Part shown: piece after piece, positions 49,113 to 58,627 of the stretch
Layout: every line of letters begins with the position of its first letter
Position numbering within the stretch: the stretch's first letter is position 1
Source of the DNA: a virus
Taxonomy: Duplodnaviria; Caudoviricetes
Virus record (IMG/VR): IMGVR_UViG_2919380674_000001
Span: 15,963 to 79,962 of that record
Reading direction: 5' to 3' (one strand)
Length of the DNA: 64,000 bases
Notes under the pieces: generated by a model
Database searches by the model: none
What the model was told of the DNA's origin: nothing
What the model saw: only the letters and a program-made list of their open reading frames with translations
Made by a program: the position numbers and the translations under genes

Positions 49113-49164
49113 TTGTATCAAAATGAACGTCTAAGTAACTAACTGCCTGCTGGTGTTGATACAA
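49113..49164. other. att-like site 2 (52 bp)
   Basis: Left half matches site 1 at 26 of 27 nt, up to the central AC (49138-49139); the site ends in TTGATACAA. Confidence 0.75.
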
Positions 49165-49196
49165 TTTCGCGCCAGCAGGTTTTGTTTTGTGAGAGT

Positions 49197-49268
49197 GCGC
49201 CAAAATTTTCTTGTTTGCGCCAAAATCGGGGTTGCGCGTAAAAGTTGGCTTTGGTGCGTAAAAGTTGG
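49197..49268 (+). repeat. Phased ~20-bp repeats (GCGYMAAA), four copies
   Basis: Units start at 49197, 49217, 49236 and 49256. Confidence 0.65.
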
Positions 49269-49298
49269 GTTGAGTAGGGCGCTTATGGGCATAAAAGA

Positions 49299-49328
49299 AA
49301 GGCCAGTAGCGAGGGTGCTACTGGCCTT
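49299..49328 (-). terminator. Terminator after the recombinase
   Basis: AAGGCCAGTAGC / GCTACTGGCCTT arms with a T tract on the - strand. Confidence 0.75.
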
Positions 49329-49352
49329 AAATGATTCTGCTCTTCAGTTGGG

Positions 49353-50906
49353 TTACTGGGCTCCAATCTCGGTGCCGTCTTTAAACATCACGGCTGCGTG
49401 CCCGTCAGGGGTGATGTTGATTCGTTGGCACAGGGCGTGAAAAGTGGCGGGGCCGAATTCTCCTGCTGTATCTAGGTCGGTGAGGGTGCGGCGATATTTG
49501 GCAAGTTCGGCTTTGAGTCCTTTGCGCCGCTCAATCTCAGCTTGGGTAGCGTTGTAGGCGTCGATTGCTTGTTGTTGTCTTGCTTCGAGCTGGGCGAAAG
49601 CGTGCTGGTATTCGCTCTGGTCTTGCGCCTGGGTGGCGTTGGCGCTGATGGCTTGCCGGATGAGTTTGGTGCAGGCCTCGATCTCAGCTGCTTGTGTGAT
49701 AGCGGTTGCCTCTAGCTCGGTGGTGTCGGTGAGCGTGGTTTCGAGCAAGTCCCAGTCGATGAGGTTGCGGCGTTTAAGCAAGGTGGCAAGCGCGGTTAGA
49801 AAGATATGTTCGAGTTGCTTATCACGCAGGATGGGCATTTGGGCGGGATGTGGGCTGCGGCATTTGTGGTTGCATTGCCAGATCACGGTTTTGTAGGCAT
49901 CGGTGGAATGCCAGGTTTTGCTCCCGTAAGTGCGTCCGCAGTGGGTGCAGAAGATCTTGCCGGTAAAGACGCGTTCTCTTCTGCCGATGCCGCGCGCATT
50001 GAATTCGGCTTGGGCAAGCTCCCACGTTTCGGGATCAATGATGGCTGGGTGTGAGCCGGTCACATAGTATTGGGGTACCTCGCCTTCGTTGATCTTTTTG
50101 GTTTTGGTGAGGAAGTCGACGGTGAACGTCTTTTGCAGGAGCGCGTCACCTTTGTATTTTTCGTTGGTGAGGATGGGTTGGATGGTGGTGTGGCTCCAGC
50201 GGGTTTTGCCACGCGGGGTGAGCACGCCGTCAGTATCGAGCGCGGCGGCGATTTGTGGGATGCTCATGCCTTCAAGGTAGTGGCGGTAGATCCGGCGCAC
50301 GGTTTCGGCCTGTTCGGGGTTAATAACCGGGCTACCGTCTGAGCCGCGCTTGTAGCCGAGGAAGTTTTTGAAGGGCATATTTACTTTCCCGTCGGAGAAG
50401 CGTTTGCGCTGTCCCCAGGTGACGTTCTCGCTAATAGAGCGTGATTCTTTTTGGGCAAGGCTGGACATGATGGTGATCAAGAGTTCGCCTTTAGAATCGA
50501 GTGTCCAGATGTTTTCTTTTTCGAAGAACACCTCCACACCCTTATCTTTCAAGGCGCGGACGGTGGTGAGGGAGTCGACGGTGTTGCGAGCAAACCGGCT
50601 GACGCTTTTTGTGACGATCAGGTCGATTCTGCCGCTCAGGGCGTCGGTGACCATCTGGTTGAAGCCGTCGCGGTGTTTGATGCTCGTGCCGCTGATGCCT
50701 TCGTCAGTGTAGATACCTGCATACTGCCAGCCGTCGTGGGAGCGAATATAGTGCTCGTAGTAATCCACCTGGGCGGCATAAGAGTTGGCTTGGTCAGCAT
50801 CATCTGTGGAGACGCGGGCATAGCCTGCGACCCGGCGGATGTTGGGCAGGGCGTGGTTGCCAGAGTGTAGGGGTTTGGTTGCTGGGATCGCGGTGATTTT
50901 TGGCAT
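49353..50906 (-). CDS. Large serine recombinase B'
   Basis: AGYARVST, KSVSRFARN, NEKYKGD; paralogue of 38833-40413. Confidence 0.92.
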   Translation of the reverse strand: MPKITAIPATKPLHSGNHALPNIRRVAGYARVSTDDADQANSYAAQVDYYEHYIRSHDGWQYAGIYTDEGISGTSIKHRDGFNQMVTDALSGRIDLIVTKSVSRFARNTVDSLTTVRALKDKGVEVFFEKENIWTLDSKGELLITIMSSLAQKESRSISENVTWGQRKRFSDGKVNMPFKNFLGYKRGSDGSPVINPEQAETVRRIYRHYLEGMSIPQIAAALDTDGVLTPRGKTRWSHTTIQPILTNEKYKGDALLQKTFTVDFLTKTKKINEGEVPQYYVTGSHPAIIDPETWELAQAEFNARGIGRRERVFTGKIFCTHCGRTYGSKTWHSTDAYKTVIWQCNHKCRSPHPAQMPILRDKQLEHIFLTALATLLKRRNLIDWDLLETTLTDTTELEATAITQAAEIEACTKLIRQAISANATQAQDQSEYQHAFAQLEARQQQAIDAYNATQAEIERRKGLKAELAKYRRTLTDLDTAGEFGPATFHALCQRINITPDGHAAVMFKDGTEIGAQ

Positions 50907-52156
50907 CAGTGGTTCACCTCCAATCCAGTGCGGTAATCAATTGTCGTGCTTCTCCCGTCGGTGTGGTGGATGGTGAGGAGCCAATCGGGCGTAGCTTCAA
51001 TGCGCTCAACCTGTTCAATGACGGTTTTGTCATCCGAATCGGCTAGATCCAAGGCGGTGCAGATGATGGCGCGTATCTTTTCCTCGCGGAGTTGGTGGGC
51101 TTTGCATGGATTGCCGTGGCCTTTGGTGGCGGTTTCGCACCACCAGTACTTGTATTCTCCATGGGCTTGTTTCCTGGTGCGGCGCTGATAGTGCTTGCCA
51201 CGTTGGGTGCAGGTGATGCGGTGGGTGAGTGCTCCGGTGCCTCCCGTGGGGGTCAGGCCACGCCCGCCGGATGCTCTACGTTTTGCCAGTTCTGTCTGTA
51301 CCGCGTCAAAGGTTTTGCGGTCGATGATTGGTGGGTGGGAGTCTTCTATCAGGTATTTGGTGAGTTGGCCTGTGTTGGGGCTGCTGGTGCTTTTGCCGAC
51401 GTGTGCTCGATAGTGTTTTTGGCAGATTGCATCGCCTGTGTAGGTTTCGTTTTCTAGCCATTGACGGGTCACGGATGCTCTAAACTTGCCGCCGCCACGC
51501 GAGCGTAGCCCCTCAGCATTGAGCGTGTCGACGGTTTTCTCAGGGCTAATGCCTTTGAGGAATTCATCGAATACGCGGCGCACAATCACGGCTTCTTCTT
51601 CAACGATGTCGAGCTGGCCGTGGTGGTAGCGGTATCCGTAGGGGTGGCGCGAATGCAACAGCTCATCCTTGTACTTTTTTCTGATTCCCCACTTCGCGTT
51701 AGCCGAGATAGATTCGGATTCAGTTTGCGCGAACGAGGCTAGTAAAGTGAGGAGGATTTCGCCTTCAGCGTTGGCGGTGTCAAGGTGCTCGCGTTCGAAA
51801 CGCACCGATACACCAGCAGCAGATAGTTCACGCACGGTTTCGAGGAGGTCGACGGTGTTACGGGCGAAGCGGGAGATGGATTTGGTGAGGATAATGTCGA
51901 TACTCCCTGCGAGTGCTTGCTCGATCATCTGGTTGAACTCGCCACGCCCCGTGGTAGATGTACCTGTCGTTGCGTAGTCGCTGTAGACGCCAGCGTATTC
52001 CCAGCCCGGCGTTGAGCTGATGAGCTGGTTGTAGTAGGAGACTTGCGCGGAGAAGGAATGAGTGAGACGTTCCGATTCGCGTGAGACCCGCACGTAGGCC
52101 GCCACCCGCAGGCGTTTGGTGAGTGCGGGGCGTGGGGGTAGTTTGTGGATCTCCAT
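50906..52156 (-). CDS. Large serine recombinase A'
   Basis: AAYVRVS, KSISRFARN; paralogue of 37589-38836. Confidence 0.9.
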   Translation of the reverse strand: MEIHKLPPRPALTKRLRVAAYVRVSRESERLTHSFSAQVSYYNQLISSTPGWEYAGVYSDYATTGTSTTGRGEFNQMIEQALAGSIDIILTKSISRFARNTVDLLETVRELSAAGVSVRFEREHLDTANAEGEILLTLLASFAQTESESISANAKWGIRKKYKDELLHSRHPYGYRYHHGQLDIVEEEAVIVRRVFDEFLKGISPEKTVDTLNAEGLRSRGGGKFRASVTRQWLENETYTGDAICQKHYRAHVGKSTSSPNTGQLTKYLIEDSHPPIIDRKTFDAVQTELAKRRASGGRGLTPTGGTGALTHRITCTQRGKHYQRRTRKQAHGEYKYWWCETATKGHGNPCKAHQLREEKIRAIICTALDLADSDDKTVIEQVERIEATPDWLLTIHHTDGRSTTIDYRTGLEVNH

Positions 52157-52198
52157 TCTTGCTTCCTTTTGGATCAATATCGGTGTATTTCCTTGCTT

Positions 52199-52399
52199 CT
52201 ATACATCACTCTGTTCGCGCCATTTATCCAGTTGCTGTGGCAATAACAGCGCCATAATCGCAGGCTGATACGAACCGATGAGAGCCTCTCGTACCCGCTG
52301 ATAATCAGCCTGAAAGATAGCACCAGCTACGCGGAGTTTTTCGGCATGTGCGAGCGTGACCCTGCAGACTGCCTCATGGTTCATCTGAATCGCTTTCAT
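52199..52399 (-). CDS. Small SHOCT-like protein
   Basis: MKAIQMNHEA...; same position as 37327-37515. Confidence 0.5.
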   Translation of the reverse strand: MKAIQMNHEAVCRVTLAHAEKLRVAGAIFQADYQRVREALIGSYQPAIMALLLPQQLDKWREQSDV

Positions 52400-52584
52400 G
52401 CCGTGCCCCTGTGGGTAACGTAGCAGGCATGAGTGCAGTACTTTCGGGTCTTGTTGCCGTAGGCAGTGAATGTGGTTGCGCAGCCAGCGCAGGTAAAGGT
52501 GTAGATAGCAGTGCGCCTTTTCGCGCCTCAGGGTGTGCTTTCCACCAGGCACGCCGATGCTCCTCACTAAAAAACACGGTTTCT
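52396..52584 (-). pseudogene. 3' half of the zinc-finger gene
   Basis: EEHRRAWWKAHPE, then in a shifted frame YTFTCAGCATTFTAYGNKTRKYCTHACY; matches 36917-37330. Confidence 0.75.
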
Positions 52585-53580
52585 CATCAGCCGAGAGCAG
52601 AGTTTTGTGATGGCTTGTTCCCGCCTGATGACCCACGGGTCGAGCGTGTACTTCACAAACTCCAAGCTCTGCTGCTCAATATTGCTAAAAGAGCTTTTCT
52701 CTAAATCGCCGACCATGTGCGGAGGGATACGGAAAATCCGGGCAATCTCGTTGATCTGAAACTTCCGTGTCTCGAGAAACTGTGCCTGCTCAGGCGAAAT
52801 CCCTATCGGGGTGTATGTCATGCCCTCCTCAAGCACCGCAATCTTATTGCTGTTCCTAGCTCCACCGAAGGTCTGCTGCCAGGACTCACGGGCTGGATCT
52901 TTGATCATGCCAGGATGCTCGAGCACACCACCAGGAGCCGCACCATTAGCAAAAAATGAAGCCCCGTATTCTTCGGTGGCGATAGCAAGCCCGATAGCGT
53001 TTTTCGCCATCGCAATCGGCGAATAACCCACCAAACCATCAAAACCAAGATCTGGAATATGGAGCACATCCGCCGCAGTCAAGGTGACTTTACGGGGCTG
53101 ATCCACATTGGGTTCGTCGCCAGTGCGAGTATAGACGTACTCAAGCTCACCGTTATCGTTCCTGCCTACTTGCATCCGGTTCGGCATCAACGGATACAAC
53201 CCGAGTACCTCGCCCTTACCATTCCTAATGACTTGGGCGTAGGCGTTACCCCAGAGCAGCAAGTGTGTCATAAGGGTCTCACGGAAGACGAAGCTGGTCA
53301 TTTCAGGGTTCGGCTCATCATGCAACAACACATACAACGGATGCTCCAAGGCTTTGCTCCGTCTGCCGTCGTCCTCGTAGCGATACACGTGCAACGGCAA
53401 ACCAGCAATCGCCTCACTCAAGATCCGCACGCACGCATAGACCGCAGTCATCTGCATCGCCGAGCGTTCCGTCACCGGCTTACCCGCAGAGGTGGGGCCG
53501 AACATAAACGAATATGACGACCCAATCGTGTGATTCTCGAATAATTTCGATTTAGGGCGTAGCAAATTCAAGAGTCTCAC
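52567..53580 (-). pseudogene. Portal gene, 3'-truncated
   Basis: Matches portal 21236-22540 up to EQAITK/LLSADEKP, then fuses to the zinc-finger relic. Confidence 0.85.
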
Positions 53581-53768
53581 GTATATCTCCCTAAGCTGTG
53601 TATAAAGAACTGATGCCCCTAACACAGCCAATAAGGCAGTAAGGAGCACCAGCTCAAAAATTGTTCAGTTATCGACAGTAAGACGATTTACCTAGACATA
53701 CGGAAACTCCCTGAACTCCATTACTCGGCATCGGTTCTTAGTCGTAGATAAGCTGCTTCGAAATGACA

Positions 53769-53960
53769 TTATTCGTCAATTCCTTTTTTCTGGCGAAAAT
53801 ACCCAATGCCTAAAACTGTCACTCCAAGCAACAGTGATGGAAAAGCAATACTCAGCACTGTACGTAAAGGGAAAATAACCAGAGCTAACAAAGAAAACAG
53901 GCAAACAACCAATGCAAAAGTCAGTAGGCCGACCAACAGTTCATGCATAGTACGCGGCAT
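53769..53960 (-). CDS. Small 2-TM putative immunity protein
   Basis: TAATG coupling to the upstream precursor; hydrophobic with a basic tail. Confidence 0.6.
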   Translation of the reverse strand: MPRTMHELLVGLLTFALVVCLFSLLALVIFPLRTVLSIAFPSLLLGVTVLGIGYFRQKKGIDE

Positions 53961-54607
53961 TAGGCTCTCCACCAATTCCATGCCTCTTTTGCGGCACAAC
54001 CGACAGCGTAAACGCCTAACCATGCAGCAAATCCTGCTGGAGTTGACTTAATGATTTGCTTAAGAACAATATCGCCACCCTTTTTAGTGATCTCTTTCTT
54101 AGCATAACGCTTAAGTAAATCAGCGACTTTGTTCCAAGACTTTTCGTAAATGTATTTACCAAATAGATTGTAATCAATTTGGAAGGGTGAAAAACCAAGA
54201 ACTCCCGTCACCACACATGATCCGAACGAACCCCAGCTGCGATCTGAATGTGCATCTACATACGGATTGTCGGAAGCTCCATTTAGTGAGTTAACGATAA
54301 GAGTAAGCTGCTCAGAACTTCCACCAAAACCATATTCAGCAGCCAGTCTTTCGTCTATAACGAACTTCGCTCCATCATGCTTGATGACATCACGAAATAG
54401 CACCACAAAACTATCTGCTGTGGCATCAGCGAATTCCTCAATTTCAGATTCTGTAAGCGAGCTGTCCCACTCTGCATTATGAAGCTGTGATGCAACGGTA
54501 GTAGAATGCTGCGCTTCTGTAGCATTTGCAACTCCGACTACTGTAAACGATAGTGTAAGGGTGCAAATACTTGCTGTTGCTAACTGTGCAACTTTACGTA
54601 GTTTCAC
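53960..54607 (-). CDS. Secreted bacteriocin-like precursor (SA-M57/dysgalacticin-like)
   Basis: Signal peptide ending VANA; DRSWGSFGSC...KSWNKVA...GFAAWLGVYAVGC; AAGGAG RBS. Confidence 0.62.
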   Translation of the reverse strand: MKLRKVAQLATASICTLTLSFTVVGVANATEAQHSTTVASQLHNAEWDSSLTESEIEEFADATADSFVVLFRDVIKHDGAKFVIDERLAAEYGFGGSSEQLTLIVNSLNGASDNPYVDAHSDRSWGSFGSCVVTGVLGFSPFQIDYNLFGKYIYEKSWNKVADLLKRYAKKEITKKGGDIVLKQIIKSTPAGFAAWLGVYAVGCAAKEAWNWWRA

Positions 54608-54688
54608 CTTCGTACTCCTTTTGTCATGTCACATCATTATGACCCGTTCACAACACAGTAATTTAATATGTGCTGCAATCCCCTCTTT

Positions 54689-54746
54689 GGATACTGCTAG
54701 TTAAGCATTTCTTGCTAGTGCTACAACACCGATAAATGTCAGGGTG
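54689..54746 (-). promoter_or_regulatory. Conserved cassette promoter with one palindromic box
   Basis: CCGATAAATGTCAG at 54729-54742 within a block shared with 56279-56340 and 59904-59983. Confidence 0.75.
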
Positions 54747-54748
54747 TG

Positions 54749-54973
54749 CTAAATAAACAACAGCCCGCGCTCGTCATACACCGATTCGCTAGCCTCGTCG
54801 CCGTTTCGAATCGCTCGGTCTAACGCCATGATGAGTGCGACGATGCCGTCGATTTTCTCGGTGGACTTGGCTTTATCGGGCTTGATGTTGCCTGCCGGGT
54901 TTTGCCGCACCGTAATGTTGTCTGCCATCCACGCCAATACTGGGTGACCGCCGTGCGTGATCCTGCCTTCTAA
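54749..54973 (-). pseudogene. Orphan 3' fragment of terminase large subunit
   Basis: LEGRITHGGHPVLAWMADN...VYDERGLLFI. Confidence 0.9.
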
Positions 54974-54985
54974 TAGTATTAGAAC

Positions 54986-55033
54986 TAGCTAGTGGGTGAC
55001 CCCAAGTTATTCGCTGGGGTCACCCACTAGCTA
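54986..55033. terminator. 19-bp perfect hairpin after the cassette
   Basis: TAGCTAGTGGGTGACCCCA / TGGGGTCACCCACTAGCTA. Confidence 0.75.
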
Positions 55034-55068
55034 TAAATAATAGTTAAGTGCGCGGGGGAGCTGCTTGA

Positions 55069-55257
55069 CTACGCAGGGTCTCTAGGCCGCAAAAGCACCA
55101 TTGCAGCAATGCATGTTAGAGAAACCAACGCCCACCCCCGTCCATAAAGAAAAGTAAGCGGGACAGACACAGTAGCAACGGTTCCAAGAACGGTGATCGC
55201 TATAACTTTCCAAACCCTATAGAAAGATCGCTTCAGATTAGTAGTAATCAGCTTCAT
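55069..55257 (-). CDS. Small 2-TM putative immunity protein
   Basis: GAGG RBS directly after the precursor stop; MKLITTNLKRSFYRVWKVIAITV. Confidence 0.6.
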   Translation of the reverse strand: MKLITTNLKRSFYRVWKVIAITVLGTVATVSVPLTFLYGRGWALVSLTCIAAMVLLRPRDPA

Positions 55258-55267
55258 TTCCAATCCT

Positions 55268-56185
55268 CTACAGCTGAAAACATCCAACTACTGCCGCCAT
55301 GCCACCAGCGCCGAGGGTGGCATAACCGCCAATACACGCTGCGCAGACGACTTTAGACGCTGTGGGTTCTGGAAATGCACAAGCGCCTGCGCACGCAGCA
55401 GCAATGGCCCATGCCGCTATCCCACCAACGCCCGTTGCCGCAGCCAAACATGCCGCGATTTTCCCTATAGACCGCTCCTGACTCAGGCTTGCTGCAGCCT
55501 CATCTGCCTTAGCCTTTAGATTCTGCATTTCCAGTTTCATTGCATCGTTATCAATGAATTTAACTCCAAGATCTTTGGATCGGATAAACTTCCCATCCAC
55601 CCACTGCTCCATCCACAGGTTGCCGTTTTCCCCTTCAAAGTAGAGCGTCTCGGCGTAGTTGGAAATAGCACCGTTTTCTTCATAGACAACAGTAAAATTA
55701 CTAATTGGGCTATAACCTTCAACAGGGATAGCAACAGTCGTGAACACTCTACCTTGTTTTTGCATTTTCAAAGCCACTGCAGCGTCGAAGTTTAGCTGCT
55801 CCACTGTCGAGGAGATTTCAATCTTTTTCAAGGAAGCATCCTGCTTAACGCGATTAAGCGCGACCTCCCGCTGAGTTCCAATAAGTTCGCTTGATCTGTC
55901 TGGTGCGTTTTCAGTGATTGAGCATTGGGGACTTTGGGGGTCACGTTGCTCCGTAGTTCCTATGTGCATCGCAGAAACTGCATACCCATCTCGAGACATA
56001 TGCGAAGAATAGTTAGTATCGAAAGTCCGGTTTAACACGCGACCTATAGATTCAGCCACCTCCGCATGAGCGGGTTTCGCAGGTATGGTTTCCGCACCGG
56101 AAGCAAAACCAGTGGCACCCAGAACAAGAGCCCCAGTAGTGATCAACGTTACGCTTGCATAAAAGAATTGTTTCGTGGATCTCAT
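55268..56185 (-). CDS. Secreted precursor with a Cys-rich hydrophobic C-terminal bacteriocin-like domain
   Basis: Signal peptide; long pro-region; QER-SIGKIAACL...AAACAGAC...VCAACIG...GCFQL (6 Cys). Confidence 0.6.
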   Translation of the reverse strand: MRSTKQFFYASVTLITTGALVLGATGFASGAETIPAKPAHAEVAESIGRVLNRTFDTNYSSHMSRDGYAVSAMHIGTTEQRDPQSPQCSITENAPDRSSELIGTQREVALNRVKQDASLKKIEISSTVEQLNFDAAVALKMQKQGRVFTTVAIPVEGYSPISNFTVVYEENGAISNYAETLYFEGENGNLWMEQWVDGKFIRSKDLGVKFIDNDAMKLEMQNLKAKADEAAASLSQERSIGKIAACLAAATGVGGIAAWAIAAACAGACAFPEPTASKVVCAACIGGYATLGAGGMAAVVGCFQL

Positions 56186-56278
56186 CTTTGTTTCCTTTTG
56201 TCATACCACCGTTGGTGATGGGCTGTGCAGCTTGGGAATATGGGCTGCGATCTCCTCTTAGGATACTAATAGGTAACC

Positions 56279-56340
56279 ATTTCTTGCTAGTGCTACAACA
56301 CCGATAAATGTCAGGGTGCGACCCTGACACATATCGGTGT
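56279..56340. promoter_or_regulatory. Divergent promoter with a double palindromic box
   Basis: ACACCGATAAATGTCAGGGT-GCG-ACCCTGACACATATCGGTGT, an 18/20 inverted repeat. Confidence 0.8.
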
Positions 56341-56408
56341 CGAAAAGCCATAGCAGGCTAGTAAGTTCGAAGAGTACAAGAAAAAGCGGACGATGTAGAA
56401 AGGGTGCG

Positions 56409-56626
56409 GTGACAGAAATGGTAGGATTGACGCGGAGAGCTAGTTCTCGTTTGATGGCTCTAGTAGTTGCTGGGCTGTTGGGTTTGGGGTGGCTATCCCA
56501 CCGAGCACGGTTGTGCTTGCTAGCGAACTAGAAACCACCACAACAAGCGTTGCAACAGTCAAAGCATACTATGGTAACCTGTTGTGTACGTTACTTCCTA
56601 AACTGCCTGGTTGCAAGAAAAACTAG
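56409..56626 (+). pseudogene. Candidate secreted signalling-peptide precursor, split by a 1-nt frameshift in GGGG (56486-56489)
   Basis: GAAAGGG RBS + GTG; adding one G gives a 72-aa peptide with signal sequence and ...YYGNLLCTLLPKLPGCKKN, whose stop abuts the kinase start. Confidence 0.6.
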
Positions 56627-56628
56627 TG

Positions 56629-57765
56629 ATGTTCAAAGTCATTAAGCGCCATCTATACCCGCGCGCAAGCAGCTATAAGCTAGCCTATTTACTAACTGCT
56701 GCACTTATTATGATTTTTGAACTCATTATTCATCTCTCACCTCCCTTTTTCGACACTTCAACTATCTGGGTTTTAGCTTTCCTCTGTATAGCACTAGCTG
56801 CAGCCCCTTGGCTAGGAACTATTGGCGATTTATTTTTTTCCCTTGCTTATATCGCGATAGGGTTGGCTGAATTTGATTCATCGCTGTCATTTCCGACATT
56901 CGGCATTACCTTGATCGTGGCCGTATGGATCATAAATCACCATACGATCAGAGCCTCCATACTACTTGGCGGTGTGGCACTGCTGTCCTTGTGGCAAAAT
57001 GATGACCTCCCATTCCAGCTAGTTAGTGAAATCCTCGTGGCAGTGTTGGTTTTTACTATTGCTTTACTGCTCCGATCCTCATTCGACAAGGCCAGCGAAT
57101 CTGAGCGCGAGATTTCCAATGCACGTCGAGCATCACGCGAAGCAGTAGCCTCAATCCGAACCGAATTGGCTGCCCAGTTACATGACACGATTGCGAAGGA
57201 TCTTGCTCAAGTGGCCATATTGGTGCAGAACATGGCTGCAGCGCATCCTGAGCTTGCTGACGAGATTGATCCGATCACAAATATTACCCAGGGTGCTTCT
57301 CGCCGGTTACGTCCAATGATTATGGATCTGAACCAAACCGTGGCTGCGCCGAGTTTTCGGGTAGCGGTGACAGAATCCGCAGTGATGTTACGCTCCCGCA
57401 GCATGGTGTTGAAGGTGGAGATGGCGGCTGATATTGACCATTTGCTTTCTCGTCAGGCTTTGCTCACAGCGTCACTGTTTGTGCGTGAGACCGCCACGAA
57501 TGTGTTGAAATATGGGCAATCCTCGACCAGTGTCGAGCTTTATGTGGATCTTGAGGGGAGCGAGCTGGCGTTAATGATGAGGAACCAGATTAGCACCGAG
57601 CCGATCGATCGCACGCTCACTGGTGGGTTTGGGTTAGCCAATTTGCAATCCCGGATTGAGAGCGAGGGCGGGCGTATGAGTTTCACTTCTACCGGTGCCC
57701 GCTGGATTATTAGCGCTGCTATTCCTAACCTCAATCCTAGCATTACAGGAGGTAGCGATGAGTGA
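56629..57765 (+). CDS. Membrane sensor histidine kinase (HisKA_3, NarX/DesK type)
   Basis: Multi-TM N-terminus; ELAAQLHDTIA H-box; ETATNVLKYG N-box; GGFGLANL G2-box. Confidence 0.9.
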   Translation: MFKVIKRHLYPRASSYKLAYLLTAALIMIFELIIHLSPPFFDTSTIWVLAFLCIALAAAPWLGTIGDLFFSLAYIAIGLAEFDSSLSFPTFGITLIVAVWIINHHTIRASILLGGVALLSLWQNDDLPFQLVSEILVAVLVFTIALLLRSSFDKASESEREISNARRASREAVASIRTELAAQLHDTIAKDLAQVAILVQNMAAAHPELADEIDPITNITQGASRRLRPMIMDLNQTVAAPSFRVAVTESAVMLRSRSMVLKVEMAADIDHLLSRQALLTASLFVRETATNVLKYGQSSTSVELYVDLEGSELALMMRNQISTEPIDRTLTGGFGLANLQSRIESEGGRMSFTSTGARWIISAAIPNLNPSITGGSDE

Positions 57766-58417
57766 GGATATTCGCGTCCTACTGGCCGATGATGATCAGA
57801 TCATTCGTGATGGCCTAGCTAATTTGTTGAACCTACAAGATGGAATTACGGTGGTAACAGCCGTGGAAAACGGGCGCGCGGCACTACACGTCTTAGCTGA
57901 ACATCGAGTAGACGTGGCACTGCTGGATGTGGATATGCCTGTTCTTGACGGTATTAGGACCGCGAAAGAAATCGGGCGAATGTACCCCAATATTGCTGTG
58001 GTGATGCTGACCGCATTCGAGCACGAAGACTCACTCGCACAATCCTTAGCAAGTAATGTGCGCGGGTTTCTCACCAAAGACATTCTAGCCCCTGAGCTTG
58101 CCCAGTTAATTAAACAAGCCCACAGTGGTCAGCGTGTGTTCGGACCGCGCCCCACCCAGATACTCGCAGAATCTTATATGGTATACAGTAAAAACGATCC
58201 TACCTATGACGATTTCCGCCAAAAAGTAGAGCAGCTCCCAAACTATCTACGCTCCGTATTCGATTTGCTCATCCAAGCCCTACCCAACAAGATCATCGCC
58301 CGAGAGCTTGGGATTACTGAAGCTACCGCACGTTCGTACATTTCTGAACTCTTCACAGCTACCGGCTTTACCAATCGAGGTGAACTCACCGTCACTGCCG
58401 TCAAAGCTGGATACTAA
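57758..58417 (+). CDS. NarL/LuxR-family response regulator
   Basis: LLADDD, LLDVDMPVLDG, LTAF, FLTK; C-terminal NKIIARELGITEATARSYIS. Confidence 0.93.
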   Translation: MSEDIRVLLADDDQIIRDGLANLLNLQDGITVVTAVENGRAALHVLAEHRVDVALLDVDMPVLDGIRTAKEIGRMYPNIAVVMLTAFEHEDSLAQSLASNVRGFLTKDILAPELAQLIKQAHSGQRVFGPRPTQILAESYMVYSKNDPTYDDFRQKVEQLPNYLRSVFDLLIQALPNKIIARELGITEATARSYISELFTATGFTNRGELTVTAVKAGY

Positions 58418-58591
58418 TCTGTCAAGCATACGAGCTGGAGGGTACAAGCCAACTTGAACCCGCCAGCCGAAGAAGAAACAAAACAGTATTAATTACGATC
58501 GTTATTCCGTTTCCTTACGAAGGATCAATGTTTTCGGAATAGCCAGTACCGCTGCTGCGAGCATGATGAACTCGGCATAAGCTTATAGAGA

Positions 58592-58627
58592 AGAGTCCCT
58601 CAGAATTGTGCGATCCTGAGGGACTCT
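58592..58627. terminator. Hairpin between the convergent regulator and cassette
   Basis: AGAGTCCCTCAG / CTGAGGGACTCT. Confidence 0.7.
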
